Shown here: positions 28,317-37,934 of the stretch, in pieces | Layout: each line of letters begins with the position of its first letter | Numbering within the stretch: the first letter of the stretch is position 1 | The notes under the pieces: generated by a model | Databases searched by the model: none | What the model was told of the DNA's origin: nothing | What the model saw: only the letters and a program-made list of their open reading frames with translations | Translations under genes and position numbers: made by a program | From: Candidatus Methanomethylophilaceae archaeon | Lineage (GTDB): Archaea; Thermoplasmatota; Thermoplasmata; Methanomassiliicoccales; Methanomethylophilaceae | Direction: 5' to 3' | Length of the DNA stretch: 64,000 nucleotides | NCBI GenBank assembly: GCA_050950505.1 | Contig: JBMNHS010000001.1 | Span: 544,001-608,000 of the forward strand

Positions 28317-29563
28317 TTACGATGACACAATTTTCATACATGCATTTGGGGGAAGAAGGGGATCCGGCAACGGACGTGATTTGCAAATACCGCGTAACCA
28401 CCGATCTTCCCATGGAGAAGGCGGCGGAAGCAATAGCCGCGGAACAGTCCACCGGAACCTGGACGGAGCTGTCCACACTGTCGGCGGAAACCATGAGGAA
28501 ATACAGCGCGAGAGTGCTGGCAATCGAAGGTGATTCGGTCACCATAGCATTCCCTGATGTGGATTTCAGCATAGAAGTGGGGGGAATACCTCAGATTCTC
28601 AGCGTGGTGTCCGGAAACCTGTTCGGGTTGGACGCTCTGCAAAAAGTAAGACTGGAGGACGTAAGATTTCCCAGAAGCATCAAGTCCCAGTTCAAGGGTC
28701 CGAAATTCGGAGCCGACGGACTGAGGGAACTCGTCAGACGCCCGGAAAAACCGTTGATAGGAACCATCGTCAAGCCCAAAATCGGTTTGTCGCCGAAGGA
28801 AACCGCAGAGTACGTTTACGAAGCGGGAGCCGGAGGTCTGACGAACAGCAAGGATGACGAAACCCTTGTGGATCAGGTATTTTGTCCGATGCAGGACCGG
28901 ACTTTGGCCATCGCCGAATCTTTGGACAGGTTGGCCGAAGAAGGTCACAGCATGATTCATGCAATCAACGTCAGCACGGGAGGCGACAAGATTCTTGAAG
29001 TCGCGGAAAGAGCTCAGCACTGGGGTGCGAAGCAACTTATGGTCGACGTGATAACCTGCGGATTCTCCGCCGTTCAGGCACTGGCGGAAGACCCCTCGAT
29101 CAAAGTTCCGATTCATGTGCACAGAACCATGCACGGGGCCATGACCAAAGACCCGAGACACGGCATTGCAATGCTGCCTATTGTCAAAATGACGAGAATG
29201 TGCGGAGGGGACGCATTGCACATAGGAACCCTCGGTGCCGGTAAGATGACCGGCGACATCCAAGGAGACCGCGACAATCTGAACGCCTGTCTGGATCCTT
29301 TGGAACCTTACAGAACCGTCATGCCGGTCAGTTCCGGCGGGGTTTACCCCGGAATGCTGGCAAAGATGATCGAAGAAACGGGATTCAACGTACAGATACA
29401 GGCCGGCGGGGGCGTCGCGGGACATCCCGGCGGCGTAAGAAAAGGAGCAATGGCCATGACTCAGGCCGTAAATGCGCTGTTCGGCGGTTTCACGCTGCAG
29501 GAATATGCCGAGAAACATGAAGAGTTGGCTCAGGCATTGGAAAAATGGGGTGTTAAAGAATGA
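28313..29563 (+). CDS. rbcL: RuBisCO large subunit, archaeal form III-like
   Basis: AEQSTGTW, GN, KPK, KDDE, HRTMH, H.GT..GK, SGG, GGG all present. Confidence 0.9.
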   Translation: MITMTQFSYMHLGEEGDPATDVICKYRVTTDLPMEKAAEAIAAEQSTGTWTELSTLSAETMRKYSARVLAIEGDSVTIAFPDVDFSIEVGGIPQILSVVSGNLFGLDALQKVRLEDVRFPRSIKSQFKGPKFGADGLRELVRRPEKPLIGTIVKPKIGLSPKETAEYVYEAGAGGLTNSKDDETLVDQVFCPMQDRTLAIAESLDRLAEEGHSMIHAINVSTGGDKILEVAERAQHWGAKQLMVDVITCGFSAVQALAEDPSIKVPIHVHRTMHGAMTKDPRHGIAMLPIVKMTRMCGGDALHIGTLGAGKMTGDIQGDRDNLNACLDPLEPYRTVMPVSSGGVYPGMLAKMIEETGFNVQIQAGGGVAGHPGGVRKGAMAMTQAVNALFGGFTLQEYAEKHEELAQALEKWGVKE

Positions 29564-31077
29564 AACTCAAAGTCAAGCATTTTGACGTGGACACGTCGGA
29601 ACCCACGGTGTTGTTGAACGACAGCGACTGCATAGAACTCGGAGTGAAGGAAAACGACCGTGTGAGAATAGAGAAGAACGGAGGCGTCGCCACGGCCCTA
29701 GTAAGCACAACCTCCTCATTGGCTCATTCCGGAACCATACTTATGCCGACCAAAACCATGGCGACCGCCGGAGTGAAAGTAGGCAACACGGTCAACGTGG
29801 AATACTCCCCGGCACCGGATTCCGTCCGCAGCATCCGCAAGAAAATGGACGACGGATTGTTGGCGAAAGACGAAATCCACGGAATCGTCCAAGATATTCT
29901 GGACAACAAACTGTCAAAGATAGAAATTTCCGCTTGGCTGACTTCTTTGTACATCAACGGCATGTGCATCGATGAAATCGCCGACTTCGCGACGGCGATG
30001 GTGGATACGGGGGAACGGATAATTTTCGACAGAAAACCCGTGTACGACTTCCACAGCATGGGCGGCGTTCCCGGGAACAAGGTCACGCCCATAGTCGTGT
30101 CGATAGTGGCCGCCGCCGGTCTCATGCTGCCCAAGACATCCTCAAGAGCAATCAGCAGCGCCTGCGGCACCTCGGACTTTGTGGAAACCTTTTGCAACGT
30201 GTCTCTGGATGCCGAGAAACTCAAGGACGTCGCGGAAACCACCGGCGGAGCCTTGGCTTGGGGCGGAGCCATGCATCTGGCTCCCGTTGACGATCTCGTA
30301 ATCAAGATAGAACATCCTTTGGGAATAAATCCCAGGGCGCAGATGCTCGCATCCATTCTCAGCAAAAAACTTGCAATCGGCGCGGAGTATCTCCTTATGG
30401 ACATTCCCATGGGTGCCGGCACCAAAGTTCCGTCTTTGGAAGTCGCCAGGGCTTATGCCAGAGACTTTATGGATTTGGGCGAGAAATTGGGAATGCACAT
30501 AGAATGTGCGATAACCTATGCGGATCAGCCCGTCGGCGCGGCCATCGGACCCAATCTCGAAGCCAGGGAATGCATACGGATTCTGGAAGGGGCGGGACAC
30601 CCGTCGAGCGTGGCCGAAAAAGCCCGCGATCTTGCGGGAATAATTCTTGAAATGGGCGGAATAAGGAACGGGGCGAAGAAAGCCAGAGAGATTCTGGATT
30701 CAGGGGAAGCCATGGCCAAATTCAGGGAAATCGTTCAGGCACAGGACGGAAATTACGATATCAGTTCCGAGGATCTGAAACCCGGAAAGTTCATGGCCGA
30801 AATCCTTTCGACCAAGAGCGGTTACGTTCACGCAATCAATAACAAAAACATCGTGACAATCGCAAGGACCGCAGGTTCCCCCAACGACAAAGGCGCCGGA
30901 TTGCTGCTCCGCCGCAAGAAAGGTCAGAGAGTGGAAGCCGGAGAGGTTCTGTTCGAAATATACGCGGACAACGAAACCAAGCTCAAAAGAGCCGTGGAAG
31001 CCGCGGAAAGACACGATCCGATAAGCATCGAAGGAATGCTCATAAGGCACGTGACGGCGCCCAAAGTGATGAGATGA
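29560..31077 (+). CDS. deoA: AMP phosphorylase
   Basis: N-terminal double-psi barrel extension; HSMGGVPGNK, PKTSSRAISS..GTSD, SKK, DKGAG. Confidence 0.93.
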   Translation: MKLKVKHFDVDTSEPTVLLNDSDCIELGVKENDRVRIEKNGGVATALVSTTSSLAHSGTILMPTKTMATAGVKVGNTVNVEYSPAPDSVRSIRKKMDDGLLAKDEIHGIVQDILDNKLSKIEISAWLTSLYINGMCIDEIADFATAMVDTGERIIFDRKPVYDFHSMGGVPGNKVTPIVVSIVAAAGLMLPKTSSRAISSACGTSDFVETFCNVSLDAEKLKDVAETTGGALAWGGAMHLAPVDDLVIKIEHPLGINPRAQMLASILSKKLAIGAEYLLMDIPMGAGTKVPSLEVARAYARDFMDLGEKLGMHIECAITYADQPVGAAIGPNLEARECIRILEGAGHPSSVAEKARDLAGIILEMGGIRNGAKKAREILDSGEAMAKFREIVQAQDGNYDISSEDLKPGKFMAEILSTKSGYVHAINNKNIVTIARTAGSPNDKGAGLLLRRKKGQRVEAGEVLFEIYADNETKLKRAVEAAERHDPISIEGMLIRHVTAPKVMR

Positions 31078-31877
31078 CCAAGTCTCTTTGTCTCACGGTG
31101 GACGTGGACAGGGACGTCAACATTTCCATTCCGGGAAAAATCGAAGCGGGTTCGACGGACAGAGGTCTCGGCACATCCCCCAGATACGCATCCTCGGCCG
31201 AAGGTCTGAAAACACTTACGGATCTTCTCGACGAGATGGGAATCGAAGCGACTTATTTTGCGGAAGGAAGGACTCTGATCAACATCGGAGGCGAACTTTT
31301 GGCGGGACGGGAAGTGGGCATTCACGGCATGGATCACGAAGATTTCACCGCAGATATTCCGGTCGAAGAAAAAGAAAAAATCCTGAACGAATCGTATAGG
31401 ACCGTGAAAGACGTTCTCGGAATCAATCCCGTATGTTCGAGAATGCCTTACATGAAAATTTCTCCCGATATTCCCGGGATACTGACCGGATTGGGAATAA
31501 AATACGATTCTTCGGAATACCGTGCGATAGGGGAACGGATGTTTCCCCACCGTCTCGGCGGATTGACGGAAGTGCCGGTCCCCGTCTCCACCGACTCGGA
31601 AGGAAAAAAGATAGTGGGCTATCTCTGGCCGATGCACGAAGGAAAAAGAAAACCTTCCGATTATGCCCGTATGGCATCAGAAACAAACCAAGGGATATTT
31701 GTTTTGGCGACCCACAGTTGGCATATGGCCGAATCCGTCAAAAACGGAATTCTGTCAAAAGAAGAAAAGGAATTCAACCGGGACAACGTCAGAAAGACCC
31801 TGGAACTTCTCCTTGACGGCGGTTATGTCTTTGAAACCATTCCCGGCGCAATCCGACGTAACATGCGCGCGCCTTAA
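31074..31877 (+). CDS. Polysaccharide deacetylase (CE4/NodB-like) family protein
   Basis: LTVDVD, ATYF.EG, EVGIHGMDH, R.PY, YDSS, THSW. Confidence 0.8.
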   Translation: MTKSLCLTVDVDRDVNISIPGKIEAGSTDRGLGTSPRYASSAEGLKTLTDLLDEMGIEATYFAEGRTLINIGGELLAGREVGIHGMDHEDFTADIPVEEKEKILNESYRTVKDVLGINPVCSRMPYMKISPDIPGILTGLGIKYDSSEYRAIGERMFPHRLGGLTEVPVPVSTDSEGKKIVGYLWPMHEGKRKPSDYARMASETNQGIFVLATHSWHMAESVKNGILSKEEKEFNRDNVRKTLELLLDGGYVFETIPGAIRRNMRAP

Positions 31878-31881
31878 GGTA

Positions 31882-31892
31882 ATAAATATAAA
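31882..31892 (+). promoter_or_regulatory. TATA box of the folD operon
   Basis: ATAAATATAAA ~23 nt before ATG 31915, suggesting a leaderless transcript. Confidence 0.5.
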
Positions 31893-31914
31893 CGCATGTA
31901 CTCTCAAGGGTTGC

Positions 31915-32811
31915 ATGACCGCTGAACTCATACTAGGCAAGGAAATCTCCGAAGAGATATACGGGGAACTCGAAGCCAGGATAGCGGCGCTTAAGGAAAA
32001 GGGCGTCATACCCGGCCTGGGGGTAGTTTTGGTCGGAGAAGACCCGGCATCACAGACTTATGTGCGGATGAAGGGCAAGAAGTGCGAAGAACTCGGCATG
32101 CGTTCCGAGACGATAATCCTGCCCGAAGCAACGACCCAGGCAGAATTGTTGGCAAAAGTCCGCGAACTCAACGACGATTCCGGAATCCACGGATTCCTCA
32201 TACAGCTTCCTTTGCCGGATCACATAGACGAGCAAGCGGTGATTGACGCAATCGACCCGTCCAAAGACGTTGACTGTTTCCACCCCTCCAATGTAGGAAA
32301 AGTCCTGATCGGAGATCCGGAATTCCTTCCGGCGACCCCTGCGGGGGTCCAACAGATGCTGATCAGATCCGGAGTGGAGACCGAAGGCAAACACGTGGTT
32401 GTGGTGGGAAGAAGCAACATTGTCGGAAAGCCCATGGCGGCGATGATGGTTCAGAAGGCAAAAGGGGCGAACTCCACCGTAACCGTCGTGCATTCAAGGA
32501 CAAAGAATATTGAATCATACACCCTTGAGGCAGATATACTGATTGTCGCAATCGGAAAAGCGGGATTCATAACCGAAGACATGGTCAAGGAAGGTGCCGT
32601 GGTCATGGACGTGGGCACCAATCATATTCCTGACCCCTCCCGAAAGAGCGGAACCCGCCTGGTGGGAGACGTGGACTTTGAAAAAGTCAAAGAAAAAGCA
32701 TCGGCTATTACCCCCGTTCCGGGCGGAGTCGGACCGATGACTATCTGTATGTTAATGGCAAACACCGTCCATGCGGCGGAAAAAGCCGAAAAAATGAGGT
32801 ACAAACAATGA
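31915..32811 (+). CDS. folD: Methylene-THF dehydrogenase/cyclohydrolase
   Basis: DPASQTYVRMK, QLPLP, KDVD, VGRSNIVGKP, ITPVPGGVGPMT; start ATG 31915. Confidence 0.96.
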   Translation: MTAELILGKEISEEIYGELEARIAALKEKGVIPGLGVVLVGEDPASQTYVRMKGKKCEELGMRSETIILPEATTQAELLAKVRELNDDSGIHGFLIQLPLPDHIDEQAVIDAIDPSKDVDCFHPSNVGKVLIGDPEFLPATPAGVQQMLIRSGVETEGKHVVVVGRSNIVGKPMAAMMVQKAKGANSTVTVVHSRTKNIESYTLEADILIVAIGKAGFITEDMVKEGAVVMDVGTNHIPDPSRKSGTRLVGDVDFEKVKEKASAITPVPGGVGPMTICMLMANTVHAAEKAEKMRYKQ

Positions 32812-33500
32812 TACGCGAGTGTGAGGAGCACGGATATTTCCGCGATAAGGAATGCCCGCTCTGCGGAGAAGAAGGCAAATTCATAATGAGTGATTTCGAA
32901 GTGGAAAAACTCGGAAGGAGAATGGCCGCCGTACTGAGACACGGTAACGGAGATCCCGACATGGACGATCAGGGTTTCGTGGACATCAGGGACATAGTCT
33001 CCATGGTCAGAGGCAACGACCGCAACAAATGGAAGTGGCTGAGGCCTCACCACATAGAGGCCATGGTCGACACCGATCCGAAGGGAAGGTATCAGATTTC
33101 CGGTCCTGACGTAAGGGCGACTTACGGTCATACGATCGAATTGGATCTCAACCTTCCGGAAGATGACGTTCCCGACGAACTTTATTATCCTGCCACCGAC
33201 GAAGAAGTGGACATAATTTTGGAAACCGGATTGATGCCCACCGACAGAGCCATGGTTCACCTGTCCCTGACTTATGACGACGCGGTGACCGCAGGTTCCG
33301 TAAGAAGCGAATGCCCCCTCGTTCTGGCGATTGACGTTCAGGGTTGCGCGGATGAAGGATATCCTGTGGGAAAAGCCGCAAGAACGGTATTTTTGTGTGA
33401 GAGGGTCCCCGCATCCTGTCTGTCTTTGGCCGAAGAGCCGGAATATGATTATGACGACAATCATGACGACGACGACCCGGACGACGGAAGTGATGAATGA
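32808..33500 (+). CDS. kptA: RNA 2'-phosphotransferase (Tpt1/KptA)
   Basis: N-terminal C..HG.....CP.C, LRH, KGRY, RATYGHT, R.MVHLS. Confidence 0.9.
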   Translation: MIRECEEHGYFRDKECPLCGEEGKFIMSDFEVEKLGRRMAAVLRHGNGDPDMDDQGFVDIRDIVSMVRGNDRNKWKWLRPHHIEAMVDTDPKGRYQISGPDVRATYGHTIELDLNLPEDDVPDELYYPATDEEVDIILETGLMPTDRAMVHLSLTYDDAVTAGSVRSECPLVLAIDVQGCADEGYPVGKAARTVFLCERVPASCLSLAEEPEYDYDDNHDDDDPDDGSDE

Positions 33501-34450
33501 TGTCTCTGGTTCTTAAACCGGAAGAAATCAAAGAACGGTGCGGAGAACTTTTCTGCAAAGGATATTACACGATGGTGGATGAAGAAAACGGCATTGCGCA
33601 GATTATCGAAATGTGCATCGCCCGAGGTCCCGCCGAGTGGGATATAGTCAACCGCCGAAGAGCCGGCGGAATCATCACCAACATGGATCTTCAGGGTCAG
33701 ACTCTGATTATGGACACAATCATCGGAAAAAAGAAACTTGAATTCGGCCCTGTGTCGGAAGCCATGGGAGGTCAGGGATTGGAATCCCTGACGGTGGAAG
33801 GGGACAGAGTCCGCACGGTCTGGAAAGGACTGGCGGGGGCATCCGTCGGAGTCGGAGCCTGCATACCCCAGTGCAAAGACGTCATAGAAACCAGATATCC
33901 CGACGGTTTCAAAGTCGGAGGGGCCCACGAGGTCACCGCCGAAATCGTGACTCCGAAGATGGTGAGGCTGGTCATCGGAATCGACGATACGGACACCAAA
34001 GAGGAAGGGGCCACATGGGTGGTCGGCATGAAATTGGGAAGGGAATGTCCTTACGGAAAATTCCTGGGCCACAAGATTGCCCAGCTCAATCCCAAAGTTC
34101 CGAACAAAACCACGAATTGCTGTTCCACCGCCGTGGCTTTTGCCGTGACCGAGGAAGAAATTCCCAAACTTATAGAATTCGCGACGGATTTCATCAGAAA
34201 AGAATCCTATTCCGAGGATGCGGTAATGACCGTTTTCCGGGGCTTGAAGATACCCGATGCCGTGGAAGATTTCGGTTGGAGCGCAAAATCCGTCATTTAC
34301 GAAAAAGAAGACGCAATAAGAATTGCCGAGGAAAACGGAATCCAGATTATTTCCGTCACGGGGATGGGCGGAGTGATCGGCGCCGTTGCGGCGATAGGGT
34401 GTTTTGATTTAGGTCTGCGTTCCGCAGGGGTTCCTGAAGATTTTGAGTGA
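33497..34450 (+). CDS. mmp11: Methanogenesis marker protein 11 (TiaS N-domain-like)
   Basis: GPAEW..NRRR, GLAGASVG, IGIDDTDTKEEGATW, KTTNC, GVIGAVAAIG. Confidence 0.85.
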   Translation: MMSLVLKPEEIKERCGELFCKGYYTMVDEENGIAQIIEMCIARGPAEWDIVNRRRAGGIITNMDLQGQTLIMDTIIGKKKLEFGPVSEAMGGQGLESLTVEGDRVRTVWKGLAGASVGVGACIPQCKDVIETRYPDGFKVGGAHEVTAEIVTPKMVRLVIGIDDTDTKEEGATWVVGMKLGRECPYGKFLGHKIAQLNPKVPNKTTNCCSTAVAFAVTEEEIPKLIEFATDFIRKESYSEDAVMTVFRGLKIPDAVEDFGWSAKSVIYEKEDAIRIAEENGIQIISVTGMGGVIGAVAAIGCFDLGLRSAGVPEDFE

Positions 34451-35232
34451 TAAATATGCCTATTTCCGATCTTCTTACCAACAGGGCATACTCGACATAC
34501 GAGTCCAAACTGAGGAAGGAAGTTTTGGAAAATCCTGTTCCGGAGCATATAGCCATAATAATGGACGGCAACAGAAGATTCGCCGAAGAAAGAGGCGAGG
34601 AAAAGGAAGAGGGGCACCGTCTCGGCAGTGAAAAACTGGAAGAGGTTCTCGAGTGGTGCGTCGAAGACGGAATCAAAATACTGACCGTTTACGCCTTCTC
34701 CGTTGAAAACTTCAACCGGGACACAAACGAAGTGGATTACCTGATGGAGCTGCTTGAAGAATCGCTGATGCGGTTCGCGGACAACGAAACCATTCATGAG
34801 AAAAAAGTGGCCATAAACATTCTCGGTGATGTTTCCATGTTGCCGGACAATGTGAAAAGGGCAATTGATTACGCTTACGAAAGAACTGAAAATTACAACG
34901 ATTACCAACTCAACCTGGCCGTCGCGTACGGAGGGAGGCAGGAAATCACCGCCGCTGTGAAAAGAGTCTCGCAGAAAGTGTTGAACGGAGAATTGGATCC
35001 GGAAGACATAGACGAAGAAATCATTTCAAAACACATGTATACCTCGGACATTCCCGATCCGGATCTGGTTCTGAGGACTTCGGGAGAAGTGAGAATCTCC
35101 AATTTCCTGCTGTGGCAACTGGCATATTCGGAATTGTACTTCACGGATGTGTACTGGCCGGGATTCAGGCACATCGATTTTCTCAGGGCGATCAGAACGT
35201 TCCAACAGCGCGGAAGACGTTACGGGAGATAA
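34447..35232 (+). CDS. uppS: cis-Prenyltransferase (undecaprenyl diphosphate synthase family)
   Basis: IIMDGNRR, YAFSVENFNR, YGGRQEI, RTSGEVRISNFLLWQ, RRYG. Confidence 0.95.
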   Translation: MINMPISDLLTNRAYSTYESKLRKEVLENPVPEHIAIIMDGNRRFAEERGEEKEEGHRLGSEKLEEVLEWCVEDGIKILTVYAFSVENFNRDTNEVDYLMELLEESLMRFADNETIHEKKVAINILGDVSMLPDNVKRAIDYAYERTENYNDYQLNLAVAYGGRQEITAAVKRVSQKVLNGELDPEDIDEEIISKHMYTSDIPDPDLVLRTSGEVRISNFLLWQLAYSELYFTDVYWPGFRHIDFLRAIRTFQQRGRRYGR

Positions 35233-35235
35233 AGG

Positions 35236-36963
35236 ATGTTCGGTTACGATGCAGTGTTCATACACGCGCCCAGCGTGTATGATTTCAGGAAAAAACCAAT
35301 ATTTTACGGACCCATCAGCGATGTGATACCTTCTTCGCCGGTGTTTGAAATGTATCCCATAGGGTTCATGACCCTGAGTGCGCATCTCCAGCACGCCGGA
35401 TACAGAACCAAGATAGTAAACATGGCCGTCCGTATGCTGATGAGCGAGAAATACGACGTGGAAAAAGTCATCAGAAAAACGGATTCCAAAGTCTTCTTCA
35501 TCGATCTTCACTGGATGCCCCATGCCCACGGCGCATTGGAAATAGCCAAAATCGTAAAAAAATATCACCCTGAATCCAAGGTGGAGCTGGGAGGATTCAC
35601 TTCGTCTTACTTCTGGGAAGAATTGATTCAACGCCCTGAAGTCGACTTTGTCATGCGGGGCGATTCGACGGAAGTCCCTACGGTAAAACTCATGGAAGTC
35701 CTGGAAAAAGAAGGAGACCTCTCCGAGGTTCCGAATCTCATCTGGAAGGACAAGGACGGCAGAGTGCACAACAACGGTGTGACACATGTGCCCGAGACTT
35801 TGGACGATATAATGATCGACTATGGGACTATGATCAAAACCGTCATGAAAACCATGGATGTGAAGAGCGCGCTTCCATGGGCCGGCTGGGACAAAGACCC
35901 GCTGACCATGGCCCTCTCCGTGAGGGGATGTTCCCTGAACTGCACGGAATGCGGAGGTTCCAATTTTGCCAACGAGAAGGTCGTATGCAGAAAGAAACCC
36001 GCTTTCAGGAGTCCGGAAAAACTTGCCGAAGACATCGAATCCATCCAGAGTTACATGAAAGCCCCGGTGTTCGTCGTCGGAGACATAAGGCAACCCGGCA
36101 GCAAATACGCCGAAACATTCCTGAAATCCGTCAAAGAACGGGGGATAGACAACCACGTCGTATTGGAGCTTTTTTACGGCGCGGGCGAAGAATTCTTCAG
36201 ATCCGTCAACAATTCATTCGAAGGCGGTTACACCATAGAGTTCTCTCCGGATTCCCATGACGAAAGCGTCCGAGGACCTCTCGGAAAAGGATATTCCAAC
36301 GAAGAAGTGGAGCGGACGATTCAAAACGCATTCGGCGAAGGATGTTCCAGAATGGATTTGTTTTACATGACCGGACTGCCGTTCCAAACAAAGGAATCTG
36401 CAATCGACAGCGCAAAAGCCTCAAAGAAGCTTTGGTCCCTTGTTGACAAAGACGATCCGCTGTACATTTACAATTCACCCTTTTCTCCTTTCGTGGATCC
36501 CGGAAGCAAGGCCTTCGAGAATCCGGAAAAATGGGGTTACACGTTTTTCGCAAGAACCCTCGAAGAGCACCGCAGACTTTTGGACAGTCCGTCCTGGAAA
36601 CTGACTCTGTCTTACGAAACGGATCTGATGACCCGTGACGATATCGCTGAAGTTTCCTATGATGCGGCGAATGTTCTCGCCCGTTCCGAACACGAAGCGG
36701 GACGGATATCCGAATCAAACATGAACAACCGCATAGAAAGAACCGAAACCGCAAGATCCATCATGCACGAAGTTGACAGAATAATGACCGTTGCCGACGA
36801 GGAAGAACGGGAAAGACAACTTTGGGGGATTAAAGAGAAAGGGATGGAGATGATGAACTCCACCATAGCGGAAAAAGACGACCTGGTATGGAAATCCCGT
36901 TCAATTTGGGCCAATTCCCCGAGAATGCTCAAAGGTCTTCTTTTCCCGGTAAAGCGTTCCTGA
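35236..36963 (+). CDS. Cobalamin-binding radical SAM protein (resembles Ta0216/TIGR04190 family)
   Basis: N-terminal B12-binding domain (YPIG, DLHWMPH, GG, RGD.E), RGCSLNCTECGGS CxxxCxxC motif, FVDPGS. Confidence 0.85.
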   Translation: MFGYDAVFIHAPSVYDFRKKPIFYGPISDVIPSSPVFEMYPIGFMTLSAHLQHAGYRTKIVNMAVRMLMSEKYDVEKVIRKTDSKVFFIDLHWMPHAHGALEIAKIVKKYHPESKVELGGFTSSYFWEELIQRPEVDFVMRGDSTEVPTVKLMEVLEKEGDLSEVPNLIWKDKDGRVHNNGVTHVPETLDDIMIDYGTMIKTVMKTMDVKSALPWAGWDKDPLTMALSVRGCSLNCTECGGSNFANEKVVCRKKPAFRSPEKLAEDIESIQSYMKAPVFVVGDIRQPGSKYAETFLKSVKERGIDNHVVLELFYGAGEEFFRSVNNSFEGGYTIEFSPDSHDESVRGPLGKGYSNEEVERTIQNAFGEGCSRMDLFYMTGLPFQTKESAIDSAKASKKLWSLVDKDDPLYIYNSPFSPFVDPGSKAFENPEKWGYTFFARTLEEHRRLLDSPSWKLTLSYETDLMTRDDIAEVSYDAANVLARSEHEAGRISESNMNNRIERTETARSIMHEVDRIMTVADEEERERQLWGIKEKGMEMMNSTIAEKDDLVWKSRSIWANSPRMLKGLLFPVKRS

Positions 36964-37006
36964 TTCCCATATTACCTTCACATTCGCGCGCGTATATACG
37001 GGAACC

Positions 37007-37822
37007 TTATTCTTCGGACATTTCCACCGAACGTTCTATGCTAGCCTTCACGGCGGCGATGATGATGTTCTTCAGTCCGGATTCTTCCAGGACTTTCACT
37101 CCCTCAATGGTTGTTCCTCCCGGAGAACATACGTTATCGACGAGTTCCTCCGGAGTCATGTCGGTGTTCAGAATCATGCTGGCGGCCCCCAGCATGGATT
37201 GTGCGGATAATTTCAAGGCCTTTTTCCTGGGCATTCCGTACATCTGTCCGACATCCGCCATGGCGTCAAGTATCATGTACATGAAAGCCGGGGAACTTCC
37301 GGACAATCCCGTCACGGCGTCAAGATCCTCTTCCCCCACTTCAACGGCCAATCCCGAAGAATCGAGAATTGCTCTGACTTTTTCCAAGTCTTCTTCGGTC
37401 ACTCCCGGTCCTTTCGAATAACCCGCGGCTCCTGCTCCGACAAGGCAGCAATGATTGGGCATAACTCGCACTATTTTAGCATCTGGCACATAGCCTTGTA
37501 AAGTGGCTATTTTAACCCCTGCAACTATGCTAAGAACGAGATGGGAGGCTCCCAATTCAAGTCCTTCTTCGGTAAAAAGCGAGTCAACCTGCACAGGTTT
37601 TACGCCCAAAACGAGAAAATCGGTCAATTTTGCCACTTCGGCGGCGGATTCGTACATTTTTATCCCGAATTCCGAAGATATCCTGTTCCGGGTGCTCTCG
37701 CTCGGAGCGCAACCTATAATTTCGTCTTTGCCGTAAAGATCGTCGGACAGTATGCCTCCGATAATCGCGGAGGCCATCCTTCCCGTTCCGATGAAACCGA
37801 TTCTGATGCTCATGAAACGCAA
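37007..37822 (-). CDS. proC: Pyrroline-5-carboxylate reductase
   Basis: GFIGTGRM, VKP, RVMPN, SGSSPA, SPGGTT. Confidence 0.95.
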   Translation of the reverse strand: MRFMSIRIGFIGTGRMASAIIGGILSDDLYGKDEIIGCAPSESTRNRISSEFGIKMYESAAEVAKLTDFLVLGVKPVQVDSLFTEEGLELGASHLVLSIVAGVKIATLQGYVPDAKIVRVMPNHCCLVGAGAAGYSKGPGVTEEDLEKVRAILDSSGLAVEVGEEDLDAVTGLSGSSPAFMYMILDAMADVGQMYGMPRKKALKLSAQSMLGAASMILNTDMTPEELVDNVCSPGGTTIEGVKVLEESGLKNIIIAAVKASIERSVEMSEE

Positions 37823-37903
37823 GAGTTCCGTGACCTAATAATAACTTGTTCCAGCGCATGCGTAATCAACGCGCGCGTACTCACGAAAAAACTGACTCAA
37901 TTG

Positions 37904-37910
37904 TTATATA
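37904..37910 (+). promoter_or_regulatory. TATA box of the fpo operon
   Basis: TTATATA ~25 nt before fpoA ATG 37935. Confidence 0.55.
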
Positions 37911-37934
37911 CTTTCAAGACTTGGCAAATTGTCA

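Noticed and set aside
20692-29563. Calvin cycle from RuBisCO plus transketolase and transaldolase
   Set aside because: No phosphoribulokinase in the window, and RuBisCO is embedded between R15P isomerase and AMP phosphorylase, which indicates nucleotide salvage
33440-33497. GAC/GAT trinucleotide run
   Set aside because: Simply encodes the acidic C-terminal tail of KptA
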